Shown: positions 26,966 to 41,138, counted from the stretch's first letter. The stretch: 64,000 bases of DNA from Azolla caroliniana (GCA_043228905.1 JBHGNT010000003.1:25172001-25236000); one strand, 5' to 3'. Notes: generated by a model from the sequence alone, not told the origin. Numbers and translations: made by a program.

Positions 26966-27243
26966 AAATTCTGTGCGCATTCTCTTTCTTTCCCCATTCT
27001 CTGCTCCTCCTTCTCAGTTACCCTCCCCATCTCTCCCCGAATCGAAATTCACACTTTTGCTCTTTCTCTTTCTCTTTCTCTTCTCTCGCTCTGCAATTCA
27101 TTCACAACTCGATTGTTTGTCTCGTCTTCTCTCTCATCACGCATTTTCTTTCTTTCTTTCTTTCTCCCGTTCTCTCTCTGGATCACTTTTTCCCCCGTAT
27201 CTCCTGTTCTGCTCGAGCTTCCGTGGCGAAACCCTAACTTCTC
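26882..27243 (+). promoter_or_regulatory. Putative 5' leader of the carrier gene with two telo-box (AAACCCTAA) containing direct repeats
   Basis: AGCTTCCRTGGCGAAACCCTAAYTTCTC at 26882-26909 and 27216-27243 in CT-rich sequence. A candidate 5'-UTR intron runs from GTAAGT at 27411 to CAG at 28453. Site II-like TGGGCC motifs lie at ~26255 and ~26338. Confidence 0.5.
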
Positions 27244-28468
27244 ATCATCATCATCGTCGTCGTCGTCATCATCATCTTCTTCTTCGAGACCCTATCAGAG
27301 GTCTGATAAGCTCAAGGACGTTTTAAAGAGCTATAACGTCCCTTTCGTTTGGACAAGATTTCATTCTACAGTAAATTCTGCCGAGTTTTTATTCTCTCAT
27401 CTCCGATCCCGTAAGTACATTTTGATTATCGAGAAGGGATCTGCGAGATTTAGACTTGAGCTGTCAAGGAGATTTAGCTTATTCATAATATCTAGCGGCG
27501 TATGCACACAAATATGTCTAAATCTGTACATATACAAACCATGACTTCATCTGAAGAAGGATATACACGTATTGAAACCAATCTTCATGATTCTATGATC
27601 GATTCTTCATAGATCTTGTTTGATCGCGGATTTTGCTTCAGCAACAGTATCAGGATTTGTGAATGCTTCTTTCTTCACCTCAAGAAGAGAAAATTTCATG
27701 TCCATAAACAGATCTATATAAACAGGATCTCTTCTTCATACATCTTCTTTCTCTCTCCTGGATCAGACGGTATCAGAATTCGTGGAAATTTTGTTATTTA
27801 TTTGCTTATTCGACAGATGGAAACTCCTTTATAGAACCTATCTCTTGCACAATCATCAGCACCAACGCGTTGTTGAGATTTTATGACTCCATTGATTACG
27901 TCAAGAATTATGAATATTGTGGTAATGTCTTGTCGAATAGATCCTATATGCTCGCCTCTTCTTTGTAGATATGGTTTATCTTCTTCTTCTTCTTCAAAAA
28001 CATCAGAATTGGTGGAGATCTTCACTTCATATCAAGACTCTGACGATATCTGGGGAAGAAGTTTCTTCATAGATCACTATTTCTCTTCTGCTTAAGCAAC
28101 GTCATGATAATTTTGTTTTTTGGAGATCTAAGGAAATGTTGGTTACTTATTAGTAAACTTTTTCTCTTTTAAAAAGGTTTTCTTCATAGATCTACTTCCT
28201 CTATTCTGCTTAATCAGCAACATTAGGATCAATAATTGATTGATTAGTTACACTTATTTCTCATTAAAGAGAGCTATGCACCTCTCTTCTTCCAAATAGT
28301 TTCTCATTGTCTTCTACATGTAGAAAGATTTTAGATCTTTACTTCCTGATGTGTATTTTAGTAACTGCTAATTCGAATTCCTTCGTTTCTGAATAGATCT
28401 ATTCTCCAAGATAGATAGTTACTCTCTCTGTCTCTCTCCACCTTTTTGGTCAGAAAATTCCTTTCAGC

Positions 28469-31400
28469 ATGTCTAGCAACATTTCTTCTACAGGCTACAA
28501 GAAAAACAAAGCTTTAAACTCCATAGCGAAAGATTTCGTATCTTTGTCTTGTCGAGGAGGAGAACAATATCCTTACATTGCAAATTTAGGCAATGAAATT
28601 TCTTTCCTTCCTTCTGTATTCTCATCCCCTTATACGAACTCTTCCGTCTGTAAATTCATCCTTGCATTACCTACATCTAAGGGCCATTATACCCCTATCA
28701 CATCTTCTTTCTCTTCTCTCTCTACTCTCGCATTTCTATCAGTATCAGCTAGCATTAGGTCCAAACATTTACTTATTGATCTTGATGAACAAGGTCGAGT
28801 AACAGATAAAAGGTCTATGGTCTCTGCTTTAGCTTCTACATTGAAATCACTGTCTTCTATAGAGAAACCATCCCTTGAGTTCATCACAAGAGTTGAAGGT
28901 ACATCAAGGATCTCAGCGAAGAAGAAGCTAGAGAAGAAAAAGAAGACGAGAAAGGATCCATTGCAATCAGAAAGACATAAATCTAATCGAACTTTGGTAC
29001 AGAATCAAAATTCCCTAAGCTCAAGTCAGAGTATTAGCTATGTGAATGAAGAAGAAATAGATGAAACTCCTAATCGAATGGGCAATGGGTTAGAGAAAAA
29101 TGGAAAGAATGATCCAAAGAAGATTCAAAGCATTAGTAAGTATTTAGTAGCAGGAGCCATCTCTACTATTATTTCAAGGTAATTCCTTGCTTTACTATTT
29201 AAACAGTAATAAAAATCACATCAAAGAGTATTATAATCATGTTATGCGAGATTTCCTTGGATATGTTTTAAGACATCAATTTACATGTAGTATTGCGATC
29301 ATTCTGCATGAGATGTAAACTAAGTATGTATTTTAAATTTTTAATAGGGAAATTTTGAGTCACATACAAGACTTATTTTGCTTGTAACTGAAATGTTTCG
29401 AGTCACAATTAAGAAGTATTCTGCTCATGCCTCATGATATGTTAATAAGCTTTAGTGTAATTGGATTTGAATGTATGATCTGCTCCTATATGAGTGAACT
29501 ATTACCATGCTATAGCAGTCAGATTTTAATTAGTATTAAACATAAAAGGCCATGCTTTGCTAGATGTCACTGAACATATTTCAAAACCTTGGAAAAAGTA
29601 CCTTATTTAGACTGTATATAATCAAATTTGATTCACAATTTAAAAAGTACAAGCTCAGGCCATGCGAGGCGTCCTTAAATGTATCCTGACATCTTGCACT
29701 GGTTTTGTGGAATCATAGAGCACAGATGCAGATGTTCTGTGTTTTTAACCTCTCAGACTCGTGCAAATTTCTTGAAAGCATCATATTATTTGATAGTGAT
29801 ATATATATATATATATATATATATAAATCTAGCTTTTTGATCTCTGAATTCCGAAGACAAATAAATGTGCATAGGAATATCACAATATAAAGTGTTCGTT
29901 TTCAATTAAAATCTAGAGAGGCTGGCATTATAGATGAAGTATTGACGAAAAATTCTTTGTTAGAACTCTGAACACACCTTCATTGCAGTGTAAAAAGGGG
30001 CCCTGGTTTGGCATGGGCTTTGCAGAAGTTTGTTTGATGGAACTCAATTGTTTAATGAGAGAGGTTTCTAAAATAAGATTTTGGTCTACAAATGCCAAGA
30101 CCATGAAACAGACAAATCCAACATCTTGTGCTTGGGGTTTACCAATGGATGCGAATCCAAGCTATGATTTTGGTTTTCAGATTTCTTTTGTTAAGAATTT
30201 ATTCAATTCTTCACCTACAAGAAGGAAAGATTTTGGCAAAATTGTAATATGTGCACAATTATATTGCAAGAAGGTAGATGTGAATAGGTGGAGAGGATTT
30301 CTAATATAATGAAGATGAAACTCTCTTGCTAAGTAACATATTGCCATCTTGGATAAGCTCAATGCATTATGTCAAAGCAAAATGGATTTTTGTAGCTTTT
30401 GAAAAATGCACATAATAATGATTTTGTGAAACTGGAATTCAGGGTCATTCACGCAGGTGAGGAATGGATTTTGATTTGTTTCTTGTAGAATCAATTGAAA
30501 GCATGGTGCAAGAATCTAGATGCATTGAAACCATTGCTTGATTGTTATTTCTGACTAAAATTTCTTTCTGCCTCGTGTGCATATAGAAAGTTCAATATGA
30601 ACTAGTAGTTTGATATTGGGCCTGTAGTCACTTACGTTCAGGAAACTACATTCTTTTTTCAATTTTCCTAAACCACATAGTGATTTGGACGAAATCTTTT
30701 GCGGTCATTTCCCACCTTTTTTTGCTGTTGGTTTGTCACTATTGCACTCTCTAGCTGTTGGCTGTGGTCTCTGCTGCAACCTCTCTTCCCCTCTCCAATT
30801 ATCCTTCTCTAGTTTGTCAATCACCCATGGTTTACAAATGTGAAGTATGGAAGTTGAAGAGCATATTTATTTGAAATTTGTTATAGGTATGGAACCTCCA
30901 GTGATAAATATATTTTGTTGTAAATGATTCTCATTCTAAATACAAATTAAGGGCAAAATTCAACACATCTGCAGATCCACAAGGTTTAGCAATATGTCAT
31001 ATTTCTGAAACATTCATTATACCTCTGATGTTTGAGATTGTTTTGTTCTTGTAGGACTTCAGTTGCTCCTCTGGAGAGATTAAAGCTTGCATATATAGTT
31101 GGCGGAGCGAAACATAGCTGGGTTCATGTGATACAAGGAATATGGATTACTGAAGGATTGAGTGGATTTTGGAAAGGAAACATTCTAAATCTTCTTAGGA
31201 TGGTCCCATTCAAGTCCATTAACTTCTTGGCTTATGATTTGTTCTGTAAAGACATCCTTGAGAAGCAAGGTAAAAGTGAGGTTACAAATCTTGACCGTCT
31301 TACAGCTGGAGCTGCATCAGGTGCTGCAGCTACGCTGTTATGTTTTCCTCTTGACACGGTATACTTGAACTAAAGAACTATATTGCATTTTGTTTATGGG

Positions 31401-34400
31401 GCGCTAGATATGAATTGAACAGTTATAGCATTGTCTATGAAAGGCCAAAGAGATCTATGAGATTGAATATGGCATCTGTGTGAGTCTTATAGGATGTCTG
31501 GTAAAATTATCTAAAATAGGGTTGACTATGCATGGGTACAATTAGTAAGAGGTATAAACTTGACTTTTATTAAAATACATGGGTATAAAATAAGGGGATA
31601 GAGTATAGAATAAATAAATCTGAAATTGGTAAATTGTGAGTGGATCAGCCCACTAGAGAAGTGCATCTCTATATTACATTTAAGAATGCCCCAAAGTGAA
31701 ATGCTTTATTTAACATAAGGAAGTTTATTTTAAGGGAAATTTTTATCAAGACTCACAGCTTTTCTAGAATTCCCTTGAGATCGTAGGTTCTATATTCTAA
31801 CTTCACATTTCTAATGTTTCAAATGCCAAATTACGCTAAACTTGGGTTTTTTTAAACACGATTTCAGATGAGAACTCGACTCATTGCTCCTGGGGGTGAA
31901 GCTTTAGGCGGAATGCTTGGTTGCTTTAATCAAATGATTCAGAGAGAGGGCTTTCTCTCTTTATACAAGGGTCTTTTTCCAGCTCTTCTAAGCATGGTTC
32001 CCTCTGGTGCAGTTTTTTATGGAGTTTATGACATACTTAAAGCACAATATTTGCAATCACCAAAGGCACAAAGAGAACTACAGAGGCTTATTATGGAAGC
32101 GAGAAGAGAGAAATCAAGTAGCAATACAGATGGTGTTATATCTCATGAAAATAATAATGTTAGCCCTCAACTAGAAGTGGGCCCAATTAGAACTCTTATA
32201 TATGGTGCAATAGCGGGAGCATGTGCAGAGGTTGTTACTTACCCACTTGAGGTTGTAAGAAGACAACTTCAACTTCAGCAATCAACAGCTAAAATAGGAT
32301 TGCTTGCAGCCTTTCAAACGATCGTGGATCGAGATGGATTTGGTGCTCTTTTCTCTGGTGTAACGCCGAGTACCATTCAGGTTTATGTTCAAACATTGAT
32401 TTCACTTCATTTTGTGTTTTGGCTTTTTTGTCTCTCAGAAATTAAAATACCTCATGGATGATCAAGACGTTCAATTTAAGAAAACCATATCTACTGTCCA
32501 TGGTGGTGATCCAAGGCTATTCCAAATCATTATTTGGAATTCTAATGCAAAGATGTTTAATAAAGGAAATTACCCTGTATTTACAATTCTCGATGCTATT
32601 GTATACTCCACTATTATACACAAACTTTCCCAGGCAAATTGGTATTTAGCCAGCTCTCTCCTTCTTAACATATTCACCCTCTTTTCATCCATCCTTCACC
32701 TCAAAGCGTAGATATGCATGATCTGCTGCCAAGCCAATAGGTCTATTAGAGATAGAGAACTCTGTTATTTCGGGTATGAGATGGAGAAACCATTATATAT
32801 CAGAAATCCATGTACACTTCCCAAGGGTAGAAGTATGTGCGATATTTTTGCTACTTCACTCATATCTTGAGGTTGCTGCTTTAGACCAACTTCTTCTGCC
32901 ATGACTTCTCCACACATAGCTTTGCCCACGTCAAACATGGTTGTTTGTTCATCATTATGTTGTGCACTGAAGTCTCCTAATAGTACTAGACTCCCGTAGC
33001 ATCAAATCTGATGATATTATTATATGATGGCAGATATGATGATGTTCCAAGAGGCACAAACCTCGAGTAGGCAGGTGGGAAGTAGCAAGTTGCTCTATGT
33101 AGTTCTCTAAGATTCCCACTTTTGATTTGTATCCACATTATCAATGTCTATTAAAGAAGTGATGACTGGGCTTGGTGTCCAAGGTTGGTTGTTGGTGTGG
33201 TGAAATGAAGTTATGACAAAGTTTATTGAGTGCAGTGATGTCCATGATCTTGTGATGGTATAGCCCATCTGCCTTACATCTTGGTACTCACATCATTTAT
33301 TGAATGGTCGTGGAGTCAGTGTAGAGGGAAGCATACGTCTTTCTGATGTGGTTGAGAACTGGCATCTACTCACAAAACTACATTCAGACTTTTCTTCACA
33401 TAATTTGCAGAATCTTTTAGCTCTAGGTATACAAAGTTCTTGTCCTGCCTCAATCTCTAGTTGGTGAGATGAAACTTTGAGGTTTCCTATTGCTTTGTGA
33501 GCACCCTATGGGGCATGTAGACATCCATGTATTTCGATCTTTGTACAAATCCATCCTCTGAAAAGTTCTTGAAATGATCTTTGTAGTAGGCTACCTTTTG
33601 GGGAAGTCTGAATGCATATAATACATATATTCATGACAAAGAGAGTTTAAATGCAAGGAGTTTTGGTAGGTGACGTTCCCTTGGGACAGAATCCAGCGTT
33701 TGGGGAATAAAGAAAAATAGAGGGTGACTTGTCAGGCACATAGGCCTTGGCCTTGTGGATGACAATCTCATCACCCTCTCGTTGAAAATATCCCGCCATT
33801 ATAGGTAATTTCTTCACTTTAGAGACCTTTCCAGTTTGGATCAACCTAATGCTAGAGATCTTTCAAAGACAAAAACTACAATATATCTAAATTTGAGAAG
33901 CTTACATGCATAGGTGATGAGATTCTTTAGTCACGTCTTAGGCTATTTCTGTTTACCTTTTTGTGTGGTTAAATTAGTTTGGTTTGGTGTTCTCAAACTT
34001 GAGACACCATTTTAAGTGTAATCACTTATTTGGTCTTATATGCCATTTTGGACTCTTAAAAGATGTTAATATCTTTCTTTCTCTCCCAATTAACTCTAGG
34101 TTCAATATTAAGATTTGCATGGATGTTATTTAGTCTCATACGTCACTTACGCATTTTAGAGACACTAACGTAATATTTTCATTTCGTTTTTCTTCAATCA
34201 GCTGTAAGTTTAATAATATTTCTTTGTTCTCTTATGCTGTTGCTCATATTTGAATAGTGTTTTGCATGGCCATCTTTCATTCTTTCCCTTCCATGATATA
34301 GTTTTTGTTTGCTTGTCTTTGTTTCTCTCCCAATCTTCTATCACTAGACTTGTGGGTATGGCATTGAACCACATCACTTTATTTTTTTTCTCTCTCCAAG

Positions 34401-34499
34401 TTAACTTTTGTAATTCCTTGTTAATGCCAGGTTCTACCATCAGCTGCTTTAAGCTACCTTGTATACGAGTCGATGAAATCCATTTTCAAATTATCGTAG
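28469..34499 (+). CDS. Mitochondrial carrier family protein (BTL3-like putative adenine nucleotide transporter), 4 coding exons, 531 aa
   Basis: Exons 28469-29178, 31055-31358, 31868-32380, 34431-34499 (1596 nt, open frame). Three Px[DE]xx[KR] signatures (PLERLK, PLDTMR, PLEVVR), plus GFWKGN, APGGEALGG, PSGAVFYGVYDILK and VLPSAALSYLVYESMK. Long Ser-rich N-terminal extension; the start codon is inferred. Confidence 0.93.
33340..33630 (-). mobile_element. LINE 3'-terminal ORF2 fragment in carrier intron 3
   Basis: Minus strand translates as AHKAIGNLKVSSHQLEIEAGQELCIPRAKRFCKLC, like the SSHxLxIEAGR...R.C..C C-terminus of non-LTR RT proteins. Non-coding 3' sequence probably extends further left. 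Confidence 0.55.
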
Positions 34500-36779
34500 A
34501 AATATAAAAGACATTATTCAGAGATTCAAGAAACAAAAAGCGACGTTTCCTCTCCGAAACGAAGAAAAACTTAGGCCTCGCAAGTTTCATCTTGTTTTTA
34601 TGATGTGCTATTTATTCATTTTGTGCATAGAGGAAAACCAAGTAATCTGTGGGTGTAATATGTATGAACCTATGATATAATAATATATATCATATCTCAC
34701 GTGTGAACAGGTGAAGATGGTTTAGTTTTTGTATCATTTTAATTCAATGGTTTTGACCACTTTCTAGAACTATGTAGGAAGCCTTTCTTGAGAGGTTAAA
34801 ATGCTCTCACTGTAACCCTTAAAATGCTATTTGTTTATATTTTGAGACCACATGGAAAAGCTTCAGTTATGCTTTATGAGTTTCAGGCTTTGCATCACCA
34901 AGCAAGTGTATTTGTATGACAGAAAATATGGGATATTTATCTTTCTTGATACTTGCATGTATCAAAATCTATCTGTTCTTCGATATAAACTGAGAATTTT
35001 CTAGTCTTTTCTTAAAATGTATGGATAGCAAGAAACGTGTTACCAAGTTTTGTGATGTCTCTCTAGATAATTCCTTGTCAAATTTCATACAAATAATTAG
35101 TGGATCAATTATTAATGAAGATCAGGATGATTGATTAATTTGATTGTTTGAAAAATGAGTTTTGTATGAGTGTCCATGCTCATACATACAATTAATGTAA
35201 TATGATGGCTTGGCATGCTAGTGAGAAGCCTTAATGATTTGATAGTAGTGACAATAGCAATGGCTACATTCATTTAAGTTGAAGTAGAGTCCACCTTGAA
35301 GTTGACAAGCACTTTTGGGTTCCTTGGCTGCTTATTGTGGTCCTACACATCAAGCTTCTACACATCCTCTCAACATCCAAGTGAGTGAAGTGGGAGCACA
35401 CAAATCAAAATTGACATTTGTAAACGTCTATACATGAATGTGTCATTAATAAAGTTGGTTGATTTATTAAAGTTGTACTTATGCCATGTTGACATTCGAT
35501 GCAAGCTATCTTGTTGTCCATTTGATCTATTTAGAAATAATAGTTTTCAATGGGCCACATCTCGAGAATTGCCAATGCTCTTTCTAAACCCAAGTATGGT
35601 GGAAAAGGAAGGCACATAAAAGGATTTGACAGAAGCAATAGTTCGCAAGTAGCAACAATTGAGACCATTTGGATCAAACTAGGTAAAATGATGAAAGCTT
35701 TGAGTCCATTCCTATAGGATTCTAGGTATGATAATATATCATAATCCCTTGGGATTCTAGGTATGAAAGACATGCAATTGATTGTGTGCCCATATATCAT
35801 CCAAAGTTGTAGGCCTTGCCCAAAGCCTTCCTACCTACACACAAAATGTCCACAGGTAGATCATTACATTCATTGACTATAGAGGCCCAATAACATCCTA
35901 GAGCCGAAGCATTTGTGGACTAGACATTACTATGCATTGTGCTCCACTGTAGAGCCGCAATTCTCTCTACAACTCTTACACTGAGAACTGACAAAGTGTT
36001 TGTCCTCCCATCAAGGTGACTGAAGCAATCATTGTATTCATGAGAAATGGATTTGCACTTGAGTATGCCTCCTCTCACATAACTACATAACTACATACCT
36101 ACATACATTACATAAATGCTCGAGTCTAACTACTACCAAATATTAAATAGGCCAAGTGAGGGAATCGTGGGCACAAACGGTGCAAGTTGCTCAATTGAGG
36201 GTGCGTGCGATCTACACCGTTCGATGTGGATAAAAAGTTGACAATGTCTGTCATGAGGAGCCCGACTCAAAGCTTGTCGTGTCTAACTTCAAAAAATTAA
36301 CAATAATAAAATGACAAAGTAAAAATATTCTTATTAATAGTGAATGGCCTAGTAGTTAGAGTTATTCTTAAAATGTGATAGGTGCAAAGTTCATAACTTT
36401 TTCTTTGACTTCTTTTTCCTCCAACTTCTTTCTTTTTGGTTTGCTTCTTCTTCGACTTCTTTCTTTTTTAGGGTTTTGACATTTAGTTTTAGGGTATGTA
36501 GTCACTTTACAAATAATTTACAATGAAGGGTACCTAATAGTGGTATTGAATTCAACACCTTAATTATTAAATGTGTTCATTTTTTACATCACAAGTTTGT
36601 AGTTGTAGGCACACAAGTTACACCTCATGGTATTCACTCCCAATCTTAACTCTTAGAGAAGGCTCAATATTATGCTTACAAATTACTAAAGTTTCTCATA
36701 CAAATTTAACGGAAGTTTTTGTTCATCTATTCACATGAACTAAATTGTTTTTGCATGATATATAAAGAACTACACATGG

Positions 36780-37500
36780 ATGGATTTGACCTTGGTGATG
36801 AATGATATAGAGAATTGAAGCCTATTGTAGATGAGGTGCCCTAATAGTCTAAAAGATATATCTTTATATCATGGTGTGCATCCCATAGAATGGTTACATT
36901 TCTACTAAGGTGGCAAATCTTCCTTGTATTTAGAATTGGTTTTTTGGAGAAATAATTAGTTGCAAAAGGTTGTCCTCTAAACACCCTATTGTATGCAATT
37001 ACTTCTCATCCTTTACTTGCTTTATACTTGCAAGGTGTAAATTTGTCATCATCAAACACTTAACCATATGTTGTTGATGATAGCTTTGTGCCCTAATATA
37101 TAACTAAACATTTGCAAACTCTGATTGATGCAATTGAACTTTTTGCTGATGTATTGGAAATTTGTAAGGTGGCCTATGCATGGATTGCTACATATGGTGA
37201 ATCAAATTTTCTTTCATTGATTTCTTAGCCAAGAATGCACATGAGATTTTTAGGTGGAATGCCTTCAAACTATTTTGGCAACATGATACAACCAAAAAGG
37301 TATTTATGTAAACTCAAAAGTGTTATTTATTTAATGCTTGTCTAGTTCAAAATAGCTTGAGTACACATATCCATGACTTTGTTTGGAAAGTGATTTTGTG
37401 GTTCAAAACAATATAATTTGGAAGCAACCACTAGCTAATTTGTGGAAATACAAATCAAAGAATGGTTTCCTTGTCTACACAAGACGGGCTTGGGAATAAA
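36780..37500 (+). mobile_element. Degenerate L1-type LINE reverse-transcriptase remnant
   Basis: KGCPLNTLLYAITSHPLL at ~36965-37018 (the QGCPLSPLLF motif), followed by YVVDDSF at ~37066 (YADD-like). Many stops. Confidence 0.55.
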
Positions 37501-38585
37501 TACTTTGTATGATGTAACTCTTATGACCTTTCTTTATAACTAATGGAAGGACAATTTGTTTTGAAAAAAAGAAAGAATGGTCTCCTTGACATTTTCTTAG
37601 AGCAAAAGAATTAACAATATTGTCATCATTGCCCCCCCCATGCATCCATTGTGATTTGCTCACTCATTGTGATTGAGAATGCATTATTATATTCACTATC
37701 AAATAGACAAGAATGTATGACTTCCGTTTGCCAACTTCACCAAATCAATAGGGACGACACTTGTATGTACTTGTCCTAACACGACTCAATTAATGAATAG
37801 AAGTTGGTAGAGAGTACCATTGTTAATTATGCGTGTTGATCAATTTCAAAGGTAGGTGGTAATCCACATGAAAATTGACAAGAGAGTTCCAACCTTCCAC
37901 CTATAATTCAGAGTTTGGGGACGTCTAGTTGCGAGTTCAGTGTACTTCATCCAAATAGCCATTGAAACGACTCATAAAACAATTCATCCCTCATGTCTGG
38001 CAACGAAGTCATTTGGAGGCTGGAACTTGTCCGAACATGCCAAATCTTGCTCATTTGATTGATCACTATCGTCTAAAACGAAACCCAGAGGCGTGCCATC
38101 GGAACAAGCAGAAACTTAACTTTATCCACATGCTTTTTAGTCCGAGAGACATGAGCAAGTCAATAAACGATTGAAATCATTCATTACATGGGATTAGTCA
38201 GATTAGTAAAAATTTAGATTATTACATGAGAGTACATTGCACAGTATGTATGTAGTGGTGATGATATTGGCATACAATATGTATCTTAATAATAGAATCT
38301 GTAAATCACAAAAGAGTGATTATTGATAGGTATAAACTTATATGTATATATGTTAGATGATCAAAGCAAAAAACTTAAGTAACACCCTAAAACCCTAAAA
38401 CCGTTTGATAGGGTTTCAATTTGTGCAGCCGTCTTCTCTAATTTCCCCACCCTCGCTCAACACAGAAACTAAAATTTCAAATTTCTCTTCATATTATATA
38501 TGGTTCAGAGTCGGCCATCGCCATCGCCATCGCCATCGCCATCGCCATCATCATCATCATTCTCATCATGAAGAAGAAGCTCGGC

Positions 38586-41138
38586 ATGTCTCACTTTGGG
38601 CGCTCAGGACCTCCTGATATCAGCGACACCTACTCTCTCTCTCTCTCTCTCTCTCTCCTTAATCCTCAACATTACCTTCAGTAAGTCATCTCCGCCCCCT
38701 CTTCTCGTTTTCTGTCTTTCTTTCAACCTTCCCTTCCTCCTTTCTTTGTTTCCTGTTTATTTCGTTTCTTTTTTTCAAGCCTTCGGTTTTCCGAAATCCG
38801 TAAAATTTAAATTTTTTTGTTTCGTTTCCATCTTTCTCTCACTCTGTCTGTAAATTACTCTCAATATCATTTCAATGTTTCTTGCAAACTTTTCTATCTC
38901 ATGCCGTTCTCAGAAAAAAAATAAAAATCTTTGTCTTTCAATGTTTTCTTTGCCGTCCCTCTTTCAAGTTTTCTTTCATATATGCACACTATGTATGTAT
39001 GTATATCTTTGGAGTTTACTGAGGATGCACTCACTGTATGTTTGATATTACCATCATCATGAACATGCAAATTATACGAAGCATCTTTCAATGTTTATTT
39101 TCAATTTTCTTTTTCCATTCTTTTATTCAGCTTGTCTTTAAAGTCTCTCTCAATCCTTATTTGAAACTCATACTTCAAACATATATGCATTCCATTTCTT
39201 CCTTCCCTCAGGCAAGTTCTCTTTATTTTAATCTTTCTTCAGTTTTTCTTATGGTTAGACATAGTTTGGTTTATGCATACATTATTTGCTAAATTGGAGC
39301 TTTTCTTCTTCTTTGAATCAGGAATTAGTGCAGATGACCTTTTCCCTCTATTTGATCGATATGGGAAGGTTGTTGATATCTTCATACCTCGTGATAGAAG
39401 GTAAGCAACATTTTTGGCTTATCCCGCATAAAACAATTTGCTACCTACTTTCTCTTTAAACTGTAATCATACACAGGAGTGCTGAATCTTGAGGTTTTGC
39501 GTTTGTTCGGTACAAGTACGTTGAAGAGACTCGGAAGGCAGTTGACCAGTTAGATGGTAACATGACTGTTACAATGCTTAAACACGACTATTACAATACT
39601 TAAACGATGACTATTGCAATAATTAAAAATAATGACTATTTATAGACATATCTCTGAAGTTATCTAGAGGTTGGACTCATTATTGAGGTGTCGACTTTTG
39701 TTATATGGATTTTGATTATATAGGGAAGGTGGTCGATGGTAGAGAGATTATGGTTCAATTTGCAAAATATGGTCCCAATGCGGAATCAATGTGAGCTTAT
39801 ATTTACAGCAATAATGTTTATGTCTTGTGCATACTCCCCATTTTTTCTGTGTTTGGAATTTGGCTTTGTTTGTAAAATTAATTCACTGCCATTGTCTTCC
39901 CAGTCGGCAAGGTCGGAAAAGCGATTCAACCTATAGAAAAAAAAATGGTTGAGGTTTTTGATTCTTTTTTAAATGTTAATTACTTATGCAATAGATACGA
40001 ATTTTATGTTATTTAAAGACATGAATGTTATGTGATTTATATATTGGTGCAGGGATCGAGATGAATATTATCGTCATCATATGCGTAGCCATAGTCGGGA
40101 TAGGGATAGAGATAGGGATAGAGTTAGAGGTAGAGATAGAGATCAATATTGCGACATGGAGAGGCATTCATCAAGGAGATATGCACGGAGTTTTAGTTGT
40201 AGCATGAGTAGTAGTCGGAGCCCAGCTACATATCGTAATAGAACTAGCAGCCAAGTTCAAACGAGGAAAGGTGAAGACTTTCAGAGGCGTGAATTTTACA
40301 CTGAGGAAGAGTCTCCTTATGCTAAAAGGTATGTATAAAAGAAATACCCTCCTTATTATGGGCCGATATCAAGTATGCCCTTCGTCTTACGAAATATCAA
40401 TAAAACCCTTGGACATCTTGATTAAATCAGAGAGTGTGATTGCCAAAGTGTATAAATTGATTAGGTAAGATGGTTTGATTTCTTGTCTGGATAGCTTGAT
40501 ATTTCTTGACTAGATCAGATAGCATGATTGTTTGATTTATTTGGTTGCTTTATTAGAATAGATTCAAATGAGTAGCGTAATTGGCTTTCTTAATTCAAAT
40601 GTTCACAATGAGAGTAGAGACAAACTATGTAGGTCGCAAACTTACTTGGTTGCTTGATATCGGTGAGTATTACTGTAGCCTATGTTTCTTGACTCTGAAT
40701 AGGAGTGGTATAGTGTGATCACAATATTTAAGGAAGAAATAATGAAAATCAAAAGTTAATATATACTACCTTTGTGACCAAGTAATAATAATATGGACAT
40801 TTTTTTGAAAAATGCTGAGGATAAAATTTGCTAATAGACCATGTGTGATAGGTAATTTAGATATTTCCCAAACTCAAACTAGTGATGTGTTTGTTTGGTT
40901 GAAGGTAATGATTATGTATTCAATGAATTCTTTCATCTTTCATTGAAGGACTCATAAATCTAGAGAAAGTAATCTCTTTGTATCTCCTACACGGCCCCGG
41001 AGTACAATTCCAGATAAGGCTCATAGTACATCTCCACGACCGCAAAGCCCCAGGAGCCCATCCCTCAATTGTGTTTCTGCGAGGAGTCATAGCCGAAGCC
41101 CATCTATTGATTCACCTTCACATAGTTCTGATGATTAG
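38586..41138 (+). pseudogene. SC35: SC35 (SRSF2-like) SR splicing factor pseudogene with introns retained
   Basis: Exons 38586-38680 (MSHFGRSGPPDISDTYS...ILNITF), 39322-39400 (ISADDLFPLFDRYGKVVDIFIPRDR), 39477-39556 (ES*GFAFVRYKY), 39724-39790 (VVDGREIMVQFAKYGPNAE), 39904-39953, 40053-40328 (RS/RD-rich), 40949-41138 (SP-rich, TAG). Lesions: frameshift at (TC)n 38634-38657, TGA at 39490-39492, and an A9-run frameshift/stop in exon 5. Confidence 0.88.

Noticed and set aside
26270-27544. ORFs of 117-231 aa upstream of the carrier gene
   Set aside because: Low-complexity CT/CA-repeat translations in leader/promoter sequence with no recognisable domain.
39490-39492. TGA in SC35 as a U-to-C RNA editing site restoring CGA
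   Set aside because: U-to-C editing in ferns and hornworts is organellar. This is a spliceosomal-intron nuclear locus with additional independent frameshifts.
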